Origin: Candidatus Saccharimonadales bacterium
GTDB lineage: Bacteria > Patescibacteriota > Saccharimonadia > Saccharimonadales > UBA10212
Direction of reading: 5' to 3'
DNA: 33,649 bases
Assembly (NCBI GenBank): GCA_035718045.1
Contig: DASTHV010000021.1
Span: 1 to 33,649, forward strand
The notes below the pieces were generated by a model that worked only from the letters and a program-made list of their open reading frames with translations, was not told the DNA's origin and did no database searches. Both the position numbers and the translations under genes were made by a program. This document shows, piece after piece, positions 1 through 8,577 of this stretch. Numbering within the stretch: position 1 is the first letter of the stretch; each line of letters begins with the position of its first letter.

Positions 1-518
1 TTGTTCTTTGTGGTGCCAACACCGCTCGATGCCTGGCCGCCACCGCCCGCCGTCTGCGCGGAACCACCGGTTCCGCCTTTAGCGCCCGCGACCACGCCGC
101 TGCTGTTAATGGCCGTGCATCCGGAGTTTGTATTGCAAATAAATGTATCACCTCCTAAACCGCCTCCGGCGGTTCCAGCCGTCCCAACTTTTATAGTTAC
201 GCTGCTGCTGGCCGGCATCGTCACATTCACGGCTTTAGAATAAGCGCCGCCTCCGGCGCCGGCGCCGGATCCCCCTTGGTTGGCAGCGCCATCGGCCCCG
301 CCGCCCCCTCCTCCAACTACTTCTATAGAGTTATTGTAGGGGTTCCAGTCGCTAGGCACCGACCAGCTTGAGCCTGATGTCAAAAAAATAACTGTCGGCG
401 CAGCGTAAGCTTTAGGCGTAATTGCTCCCCACTCTATAGGTAACCAGCTAAAAACAAGCCAAGTTATTATAAACACCCCTAAAAAGGCTGGTTTTACAAA
501 ATATCTGCGGGCCATCAT
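1..518 (-). CDS. Glycine-rich exported protein, N-terminal 172 aa (gene runs off the left window edge)
   Basis: Absent from the ORF track because it has no stop in the window. My reverse-strand translation from the ATG at 518 stays open to position 1: MMARRYFVKPAFLGVFIITWLVFSWLPIEWGAITPKAYAAPTVIFLTSGSSWSVPSDWNPYNNSIEVVGGGGGGADGAANQGGSGAGAGGGAYSKAVNVTMPASSSVTIKVGTAGTAGGG... It has a hydrophobic N-terminal anchor/signal, then the 'SW-x-VP...V-V-GGGGGG' glycine-rich pattern known from phage-tail-fibre-like glycine-rich-domain proteins. ATGA overlap with the upstream ORF. Confidence 0.6.
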   Translation of the reverse strand, partial: MMARRYFVKPAFLGVFIITWLVFSWLPIEWGAITPKAYAAPTVIFLTSGSSWSVPSDWNPYNNSIEVVGGGGGGADGAANQGGSGAGAGGGAYSKAVNVTMPASSSVTIKVGTAGTAGGGLGGDTFICNTNSGCTAINSSGVVAGAKGGTGGSAQTAGGGGQASSGVGTTKN

Positions 519-805
519 ATGGGCCACGCCCAGTTTATTGAGCTGTATCCCAGAAAAGTAGCTTTGGTGGGCGGTATGGTTAGACAGTTTATAAGCAGCT
601 TGGAAATATAAGCATTGGCTTGGCACATAGTCAGTAATACGGACGTAAAAGCACAGGCCACATTGTGACCATTAGGCTTGACTACCGGCGGCCGCACCCG
701 TACCGTGACAGTAACTGTCGCGGACGTGGCTGCGTAAACCTTAGGCGGGCCAAGTAAAAACACCGCCAGCAATAGGCTGGCAACCAAAACCCCAAATCCT
801 CGCAC
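515..805 (-). CDS. Small exported hypothetical protein (96 aa)
   Basis: GTG start lies 4 nt after the stop of 809..1405. Signal-peptide-like N-terminus MRGFGVLVASLLLAVFLLGPPKVYA. Its stop overlaps the ATG of the next gene (ATGA coupling). No family recognised. Confidence 0.4.
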   Translation of the reverse strand: MRGFGVLVASLLLAVFLLGPPKVYAATSATVTVTVRVRPPVVKPNGHNVACAFTSVLLTMCQANAYISKLLINCLTIPPTKATFLGYSSINWAWPI

Positions 806-808
806 ATC

Positions 809-1405
809 CTATATTTTGGTGACGCGGATAGTAAAATGCAAGCGCCGACGCAGCAATATTACGACGACGGCAGCTATCAACAGCCCCGTACCAATATAGG
901 TCCAAGGATCGTACAGTTTATAAAGCGCTGTGATGCGGTTGATCAGGCCGATGAAAAAATTCGATGGTACAACTTTAAAGCTCAGTTTTGTAGCCGCTGC
1001 CACGCCGATTGAAGCGACGCCTTTTTTAACTGTCTTGGCCGGCCGGGCCTCCAGATATGCGAAATAGTCGCCCGCCGGTGTGCTTAGAGGCGGATGGAGC
1101 GTAGGCGTGACTGCCTGAGCCTTCCCTGGAGCCAGCACGAATTGACTTGGCGAAAAACTGAACCACGCCGGATTAGGCTTTAGCTGCGGTTGGGTCTGAT
1201 TCAAAGTAACGGCAAGAGTATAAGTAGCTGTCTGGGTGCCGGTATTGAACACCACTACACTAGGCAGCTTATAAATACTGCCGGATTTGATGGGCTGGCT
1301 GACCGCGATTTTGCCAGTTCCTACACCTACGCCGATTGAAGCCAGAGCCGTAGCCGGCAACACCAATGCCGCAGCAACCACTGCAGCAGCCAGGAGTCTC
1401 TTCAT
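809..1405 (-). CDS. Membrane-anchored cell-surface protein with an Ig-like (CARDB/NEW3/DUF916-like) domain
   Basis: Signal peptide MKRLLAAAVVAAALVLPATALA. Beta-rich domain with the pattern NPAWFSFSPSQFVLAPGKAQAVTPTLHPPLSTPAGDYFAYLEA. C-terminal TM helix (GTGLLIAAVVVILL) followed by RRR. The family assignment is pattern-based only. Confidence 0.6.
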   Translation of the reverse strand: MKRLLAAAVVAAALVLPATALASIGVGVGTGKIAVSQPIKSGSIYKLPSVVVFNTGTQTATYTLAVTLNQTQPQLKPNPAWFSFSPSQFVLAPGKAQAVTPTLHPPLSTPAGDYFAYLEARPAKTVKKGVASIGVAAATKLSFKVVPSNFFIGLINRITALYKLYDPWTYIGTGLLIAAVVVILLRRRLHFTIRVTKI

Positions 1406-1451
1406 GCTATAACTCTAGCAGTTTTGAGTCTTCATGGGAAAAAATTTGAGC

Positions 1452-1970
1452 CTAGTGCTGAACGGCTTGGACGGTAAGCGTGATGGTCTTTTGGACGTAA
1501 TCCGTACTGGAAGTCGGCGTATGAATTTTAAGATCGAAATTCTTCGTGCCGGTGGCGGCTACGTTAGTGCCCAGCGACGCGTAGCTGGTAGTCATCGGGG
1601 TCCAGGTGGAACCGCCATCGGTAGAAAAGTCGTGCTCATACTGGTCAGCACCCGGGGTAGCGGCCAGTGTCCAGGTGGTGCCGCCTATGGCGCTCGAGCT
1701 TTCAATGTTAAGATCTTCCGCAACGTTACCATCATTGGTAGCAACCTGCGTATCATTAAGGCCGGTGGCTGTGGTGTCTTTTGTAGAACTTAAATCAAGC
1801 GTGCCGTAAGCTACAGTGCCGCTGGCTACAGAAACCGATATTTTCATAGGAGTGACCGTAGCCGCTACTGTGCCCGTAGTTCCGGCGAGAGCTTTACCGC
1901 TAATCAATAAAGGGGCAATGGCCAACGCTGCCACTAAGGCGCCGGCTGGAATACTTCTGATTACTTTCAT
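1452..1970 (-). CDS. Secreted beta-rich surface protein (hypothetical; weak WxL-like resemblance)
   Basis: The track ORF 1452..2042 is trimmed to the internal ATG at 1970, which gives a classical signal peptide MKVIRSIPAGALVAALAIAPLLISGKALA. The mature part is T/S/G-rich with alternating beta-strand pattern (TVTPMKISVSVASGTVAYGTLDL, GGTTWTLAATPG). Confidence 0.6.
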   Translation of the reverse strand: MKVIRSIPAGALVAALAIAPLLISGKALAGTTGTVAATVTPMKISVSVASGTVAYGTLDLSSTKDTTATGLNDTQVATNDGNVAEDLNIESSSAIGGTTWTLAATPGADQYEHDFSTDGGSTWTPMTTSYASLGTNVAATGTKNFDLKIHTPTSSTDYVQKTITLTVQAVQH

Positions 1971-1981
1971 GCTTTTATTTT

Positions 1982-1999
1982 CTTTATCTTTATCTTTAT
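1982..1999. repeat. (CTTTAT)3 hexamer tandem repeat, (ATAAAG)3 on the coding strand, in the 5' leader of the surface-protein gene
   Basis: Read directly: tctttatctttatctttata, immediately upstream of the ATG at 1970. Confidence 0.8.
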
Positions 2000-2011
2000 A
2001 ACTATGTTTCA

Positions 2012-2039
2012 ACTTTAGCATAACCGATATCCGTGTCAA
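2012..2039 (-). promoter_or_regulatory. Sigma70-type promoter of the surface-protein operon (TTGACA-N16-TAAAGT)
   Basis: Reverse strand reads TTGACAcggatatcggttatgcTAAAGT. The -35 is at 2034..2039 and the -10 at 2012..2017, about 40 nt upstream of the ATG at 1970. Confidence 0.5.
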
Positions 2040-2058
2040 CAATAAAGTTGCTCGTCAT

Positions 2059-2538
2059 TTATTTGTGTTTTTTGTGGGGCAAGCGAGCGCCACTGAACCA
2101 AATCAACAGCAGGCTGGCCAACAGGCCGACCCCAAGAATGTAGGGCTGAGCCCTTTGAAGATCGCTCCAAAAAGCCGACTGAGTGACGTCGGCTTGGACA
2201 GCGCCATTAAACATCGGACCGGCTATTACAGCCAGCAAACCGCCCGCACATAGGGCCGGAATAAGCTGCAAGCTGCGTTGGCCTTTGGCGGGAACCGAGC
2301 GGTAGGCAAACAATAAAGTCAAAAGTAGCGGCGCCGCCAGCAGAGCGATGTCCACATTGTTAGATGTCAGCGAGTTAATTCGAGTCTGACCCAGCAGGTG
2401 TTTTATATCGCCGCCAGACAGAGTAATAGCCGCAAAGCCGCCACATAAAGCCAAGAATGCCAACGCGGCGTTACTTTTCAAAAGATAAGTCAAGGCGGCG
2501 GGGACAAGAATCAAAATCGCCAAAAGAACATCGGTCAT
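2059..2538 (-). CDS. Integral membrane protein, unknown function (about 5 TM helices)
   Basis: 159-aa ORF dominated by hydrophobic helices (LLAILILVPAALTYLL, LAFLALCGGFAAITL, LLAAPLLLTLLFA, LIPALCAGGLLAVIAGPMF, ILGVGLLASLLLIWF). Confidence 0.6.
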   Translation of the reverse strand: MTDVLLAILILVPAALTYLLKSNAALAFLALCGGFAAITLSGGDIKHLLGQTRINSLTSNNVDIALLAAPLLLTLLFAYRSVPAKGQRSLQLIPALCAGGLLAVIAGPMFNGAVQADVTQSAFWSDLQRAQPYILGVGLLASLLLIWFSGARLPHKKHK

Positions 2539-2575
2539 GAGCCAATTTTATCATGAGCGGTATAAATTAGGACTG

Positions 2576-3481
2576 CTAAGCACCGACGCGGTCTTTTTTG
2601 TGGCGGCCTTTGGCGTTGCGTTCTATATACTCGATGATTTTGGTAGCCACGTCGCGGCTGGTCAAAGTTTCTGGCGTTTTAAGGCTAGCGGAAGAGTTGA
2701 CTTCTAAAACTAGGGGGCCACGAGAGCTGCGCATCATGTCCACGCCGCAGATTGGCAAGCCCATGGCTTTGGCGGCCTTAATGGCTGTACGTTCTTCGGC
2801 TTCGGACAATTTAACTTTTTTGCCAACTCCACCCTGATGGGTATTGGAACGAAAGTCATCATCAAGGCTTTGGCGTTTAATGCTAGCGACTACCCGGCCG
2901 CCAACTACCAGTGCGCGGATATCGCTGCCGGTCGATTCTTCCACAAATTCCTGGACCAAAAAGTTTACACCTTCTACGAAAAAGGCCTGCATCACGGCCT
3001 TGGCGGCTTTGCGGGTTTCGGCCAGCACTACGCCGTTGCCATGTGTGCCACGAGCCACCTTAATAATTACTGGCGCGCCGCCGGCTAGCTCGATGACTTC
3101 ATCAAAGTCTGCTGTTTCACGAGCAAATACGGTTTTGGGTACCCCTACCCCAGCTTTAGCTAGTAGCTGATAGGCCCGAAGTTTGTCGCGCGAGCGTACT
3201 ATAGCAATAGAGCTGGCCGTTGTATAAACCCCTTGCATCTCGAATTGGCGGACTACAGCCGAGCCGTATCGGGTATAGCTTTGACCGATTCTAGGTATGA
3301 TGGCGTCAACATTCTCGATTTTCTGGCCTTTGTAATAAACCACTGGATTGCCCTTTTCTACGGCCATGTAACATTTGGCATAGTTAACTATACGGACCGC
3401 ATGTCCGCGAGCTATAGCGACTTCCCTTAACCTGCTAGTGGTATAGTTGGCCGGTCCCTTGGATAGAATTACAATTCTCAT
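2576..3481 (-). CDS. rimK: RimK-type ATP-grasp ligase (ribosomal protein S6 / alpha-L-glutamate ligase family)
   Basis: Collinear by eye with E. coli RimK over its full length: MRIVILS, IPRIG, RDKLR..QLLA, GAPVIIK...GTHGNGVVLAETR, DIRALVVGG, DFRSNTHQGG, GVDMMRS.RGPLVLEVNSS. Start is set at ATG 3481 (GGGAG Shine-Dalgarno sequence (SD) 8 nt upstream; ATGA overlap with the preceding gene) rather than GTG 3496. Confidence 0.9.
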   Translation of the reverse strand: MRIVILSKGPANYTTSRLREVAIARGHAVRIVNYAKCYMAVEKGNPVVYYKGQKIENVDAIIPRIGQSYTRYGSAVVRQFEMQGVYTTASSIAIVRSRDKLRAYQLLAKAGVGVPKTVFARETADFDEVIELAGGAPVIIKVARGTHGNGVVLAETRKAAKAVMQAFFVEGVNFLVQEFVEESTGSDIRALVVGGRVVASIKRQSLDDDFRSNTHQGGVGKKVKLSEAEERTAIKAAKAMGLPICGVDMMRSSRGPLVLEVNSSASLKTPETLTSRDVATKIIEYIERNAKGRHKKDRVGA

Positions 3482-3975
3482 TTTTTCTTCTCCCACAACT
3501 CAAATACTTCAAGTTCCTTTCGCATCCGATCTCTTTTACGCTCTTCCAAGTCTTTAAGCGGCGTACCCTTTGATACATCCACTAAAAATTTCCGGTTTAA
3601 CAGTTTACGACCTACGAGTATAGGATACGTTTTTGCGCTCCGGTTAGAAAGGGTAAATGTGCCTTTTATATTCCGCCCACCAAGTTCCAGAGAGAGCTTA
3701 ATGACGTACCTCAGTTCCTTATGGCCAAACGAACTGGCTACGCGGGTTTGCAAATAATTAGGCCGAGTGAAGTTGAGTTCTTTACCAGTATAGTAAGGTG
3801 CTTTCTTACCGAACAGCTTAAACTTGAGCACTCCATTTACTTCGCTGATGTCTGATGCCCAGATTGTTGAAGTATCGGCGCCGGTGTCAATTTTGGCAGG
3901 CACGTCAAAGATTCCCAACTTGGGGAAAGAAACTTTTTCTACCCGACCGATGATAGTTTTACCTTGGCGAGCCAT
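3478..3975 (-). CDS. Retropepsin-like aspartic protease (COG4067/DUF785 'putative ATP-dependent zinc protease', RimB-like partner of RimK)
   Basis: Motif KIDTGADTS (the D-T-G-A aspartic-protease signature), about 165 aa, translationally coupled to rimK. As far as I recall, this family is the usual RimK neighbour and is called RimB in Pseudomonas. Confidence 0.7.
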   Translation of the reverse strand: MARQGKTIIGRVEKVSFPKLGIFDVPAKIDTGADTSTIWASDISEVNGVLKFKLFGKKAPYYTGKELNFTRPNYLQTRVASSFGHKELRYVIKLSLELGGRNIKGTFTLSNRSAKTYPILVGRKLLNRKFLVDVSKGTPLKDLEERKRDRMRKELEVFELWEKKK

Positions 3976-3987
3976 TACCTTCTCTTT

Positions 3988-4017
3988 TTGACATTAATGA
4001 TAATAACAGTGTATAAT
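3988..4017 (+). promoter_or_regulatory. Consensus sigma70 promoter for the ATP-grasp gene at 4044 (TTGACA-N18-TATAAT)
   Basis: TTGACA at 3988..3993 and TATAAT at 4012..4017, preceded by TG. Confidence 0.7.
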
Positions 4018-4044
4018 TATAGAATAATCTAAGCATAAAGTCAA
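4016..4044 (-). promoter_or_regulatory. Consensus sigma70 promoter for the protease-rimK operon (TTGACT-N17-TATAAT), sharing its -10 region with the plus-strand promoter
   Basis: Reverse strand has TTGACT (4044..4039), a 17-nt spacer and TATAAT (4021..4016). The two -10 hexamers overlap in the palindromic TATAATTATA (4012..4021). Confidence 0.65.
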
Positions 4045-5267
4045 TGCCAACTTTCCTTGTTGTCGGTAAAAGATCATTGGGCCTTGCCCGAAGGATTATT
4101 GAACGAGGCGACAATTATATATTACTTCAACAAGCCGATTTGCCGCTAAAAGACGAGGGAGCCAGCGAAATTATGAACGTGGATCTCTTTGACTTAGAGG
4201 CCTTAAAAAAGTTGGCATCCTCGCTTAAAGGCCGGGTTGATGCGGTGCTGTCGGTATTTGAAGAATTTGTGGAAGCGTCGGCAATTTTGGCCGAAAGCTT
4301 AGGCTTGCCCGGCAACCGGCCTGAGGTTGCCAGGCAATCCACGGATAAGGTCTTGATGCGCCAAAAATTATCGGCGACAGCAGTCTGTGTCAACCCAGCC
4401 TTTACAGAGGTTAAGGATCGGAGCCAGTTAGAAGAATTTGCGACTAGCCATGAGTTCCCGCTAGTCTTAAAGCCCGCTAGTCTTATCAAAAGCCTCCTGG
4501 TCACAAAAAGTAATGACTTGAGCGAGTTAGAACAAAATTATACGGCGATTTCTCGGGCTATTGAGCCTATCTACTCCCAATATGCACCAGGCAAAGCGCC
4601 CAAGATAATTCTTGAAGAATTCTTGCAAGGTACCCAGCATTCGGTCGCCGCTTTTGCGGATCGGCGAGGCGAAGTTAAATCGGCCAACGAAATAGCGGAT
4701 ATAGTTACTGCCGCCGAAGCTGGTTTTGAAGATACCTTTTTGTACAGCCGATCTCTGCCCTCCAGGCTCAGCCGGCCAGCACAAGTCAAAGTTATTGAAA
4801 CAGCTACGTCGGCTATGAAGTCTCTGGGACTTAGAAGTTGCCCGGCGCACGTTGAAATCATGTTGACGCCGAAGGGGCCTATGGTAATTGAGATCGCGGC
4901 CCGTATAGGTGGTTACCGGCAGAGAATGTACCAACTGGCCAGCGGGATTGACCTATCAAGTGCCGTGCTAGATACGGCCTTGGGCGCAAAGATAGACCTT
5001 GAATCACGCAAAAACGAGGCTTGCGCCGTGGTGGAGCTATTTCCCAAAAAGATTGGGGCATTCCAAATTATTCGCGGTGAGAATAGGTTGCGCAGATTGG
5101 AATCGTTACACTACTTCAGCGTTAAAAACCAGCCTGGAGATAAAGTTGGTAAATCCTCCGCCGGCTTCAAGGCCGTCGCTGTGATTATATTGCATAACCC
5201 GCAACCAGATCGGCTTAAGCGTGACCTTGAATATATAAATAAAAACGTAGAGGTCGTTACTGTTTAG
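4044..5267 (+). CDS. ATP-grasp domain ligase (carboxylate-amine / L-amino-acid-ligase-like), 407 aa
   Basis: Pre-ATP-grasp N-domain, then FPLVLKP, ILEEFLQGTQHSV and AHVEIMLTPKGPMVIEIAARIGG. These are typical ATP-grasp B/C-domain motifs of LAL-type enzymes. Confidence 0.7.
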   Translation: MPTFLVVGKRSLGLARRIIERGDNYILLQQADLPLKDEGASEIMNVDLFDLEALKKLASSLKGRVDAVLSVFEEFVEASAILAESLGLPGNRPEVARQSTDKVLMRQKLSATAVCVNPAFTEVKDRSQLEEFATSHEFPLVLKPASLIKSLLVTKSNDLSELEQNYTAISRAIEPIYSQYAPGKAPKIILEEFLQGTQHSVAAFADRRGEVKSANEIADIVTAAEAGFEDTFLYSRSLPSRLSRPAQVKVIETATSAMKSLGLRSCPAHVEIMLTPKGPMVIEIAARIGGYRQRMYQLASGIDLSSAVLDTALGAKIDLESRKNEACAVVELFPKKIGAFQIIRGENRLRRLESLHYFSVKNQPGDKVGKSSAGFKAVAVIILHNPQPDRLKRDLEYINKNVEVVTV

Positions 5268-6126
5268 CAGCCAGCCGTTGGCCCTTATCAATCAAAAATT
5301 TCACTAGCATCCCGGCTGTATCGACTCCTGTAACCAATTGGGTCCTGGGAAAGAAGCATGGAATATTAACTTCAGCTAAGAAATTATTGTTCTGCTGATC
5401 AATTAAAATATCTACGCCGCCAAAATCAGAATAGAGGGCCTGAACGGCCTTGGTAGCAATCCGCTGCGTCTGGTTTGAGAACTCATGTGGTGTAACTACG
5501 ATTCCAGATACATTTGTCCTGAAATCTTTGAGCGGCTTTTCATAAATTACGCTGTCTATAACCTTGCCACCCAGCACATTGAGCCGAGCGTGGTATTTAA
5601 AATCTATGTACTGCCGCATGATGAATTGGCCTTTTTGAGCAGCCAAATAATCAGATAAAGAGGCCAGGGCTTCAAAACTGTCAGTCCTAATAACTCCGAT
5701 GCCATGACTGCCACCAACCGCTTTTATAATTATGGGGAAGCCGCCTAGATAGTCCGAGTATTTCTCTAGTAAGGTGCGGTCAGTTGGCAGATTAAAAATA
5801 GTTTTTATCGTTGGCAAGCCGCTTTTTTGATGCGTTAAAGCCGAAGTAATTCGCTGGCTCATCGCTACTATCTGGTTCTGATATACTGTGCCGATGTCAC
5901 CCCTTACCAATAATCTGAAGACCATCGATGAGGCCGGATCGGTTGCGACGCGGTACATAGCCGAACCGGGTTTGATATCCGGCGGATCAGAAAAGTCAAA
6001 ACCTTTGCTATCAATTAGCTGATATTCAATCTGGTTGGCAATACAGGCTTTTTTAATTAACTCAAGCGTAATCTCATCATCTCGGTTGGGCCAATCAGTA
6101 TTAGCTACACAATAGAATTTGTTCAA
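5257..6126 (-). CDS. RimK/GshB-like ATP-grasp ligase paralogue, 289 aa
   Basis: Motifs FPIIIKAVGGSHGIGVIR, FIMRQYIDF, DFRTNVS and GGVDILID...FLAEVNIP parallel the RimK motifs. TTG start at 6126 with a GGAG SD 8 nt upstream. The 3' end overlaps the convergent ATP-grasp gene by 11 nt. Confidence 0.7.
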   Translation of the reverse strand: MNKFYCVANTDWPNRDDEITLELIKKACIANQIEYQLIDSKGFDFSDPPDIKPGSAMYRVATDPASSMVFRLLVRGDIGTVYQNQIVAMSQRITSALTHQKSGLPTIKTIFNLPTDRTLLEKYSDYLGGFPIIIKAVGGSHGIGVIRTDSFEALASLSDYLAAQKGQFIMRQYIDFKYHARLNVLGGKVIDSVIYEKPLKDFRTNVSGIVVTPHEFSNQTQRIATKAVQALYSDFGGVDILIDQQNNNFLAEVNIPCFFPRTQLVTGVDTAGMLVKFLIDKGQRLAAKQ

Positions 6127-6200
6127 TTCAGCAACTCCGCCTATAAGTAACTAAATGATACTTGGTTAATAGCTGCTCGTAAACAGATTAAGCTTAGGGG

Positions 6201-6311
6201 CTATTTTTGATGATGGAGCACTTCTGTGAATACGAAGTAAATCACGGCCGCCACGATTAGCAAAAACAAGATCAGCATGGGTATGAAGCCGCCGGAGTTT
6301 TTATGGGTCAT
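6201..6311 (-). CDS. Possible 36-aa single-TM micropeptide
   Basis: Below the ORF-track cutoff. My translation is MTHKNSGGFIPMLILFLLIVAAVIYFVFTEVLHHQK*, ATG at 6311 and TAG at 6201..6203. It lies 75 nt upstream of the ATP-grasp gene on the same strand. Only a weak SD (GGAAA). Confidence 0.3.
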   Translation of the reverse strand: MTHKNSGGFIPMLILFLLIVAAVIYFVFTEVLHHQK

Positions 6312-6405
6312 TTTCCATAATTATATGCATAAGCGTTTGGCTTTGAAAAGAGTATTGTTAGCTTGTTTACATTAACGGTCAGTGTCGGAGGGTACACTAT
6401 ATTAA

Positions 6406-8430
<2,025 letters not shown>

Positions 8431-8577
8431 TCTTCTCCTTGACGATTTCGCCCTCGATAAATTTCTTATCTTTAACTACGTAATGGTCGTTGGCATATTT
8501 TATACCAAGCTTAACCCCCGCGGCCAGCGCCGCTACCGGCAAAACTACATATCGAAGAACGTTAGCCGGCTTCACGG

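Noticed and set aside
1-243. Track ORF on the + strand (80 aa, Pro/Ala-rich, TTG start)
   Set aside because: It is the antisense shadow of the glycine-rich gene: GGN codons on the minus strand read as NCC (Pro/Ala) on the plus strand. The minus-strand frame is open for 518 nt, has a signal peptide and is ATGA-coupled to its neighbour.
1-518. Glycine-rich phage-tail-like protein considered as evidence of a prophage or mobile element
   Set aside because: No integrase, terminase, capsid, att-like repeats or compositional break is visible in the adjoining 2 kb. The gene is operonic with signal-peptide surface proteins. The window edge prevents a firm exclusion.
3478-3481. Alternative genetic code (UGA recoding, as in some CPR lineages)
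   Set aside because: TGA terminates well-supported genes exactly at ATGA coupling junctions (3478..3481, 18392..18395, 515..518). Conserved proteins such as DnaK, LepA and MurC read through without in-frame TGA, so the standard code 11 fits.
4127-4934. Minus-strand ORFs 4127..4504, 4527..4934 and 4571..4861 inside the 407-aa ATP-grasp gene
   Set aside because: They are antisense shadows. The plus-strand frame carries the recognisable ATP-grasp motifs and has a consensus promoter.
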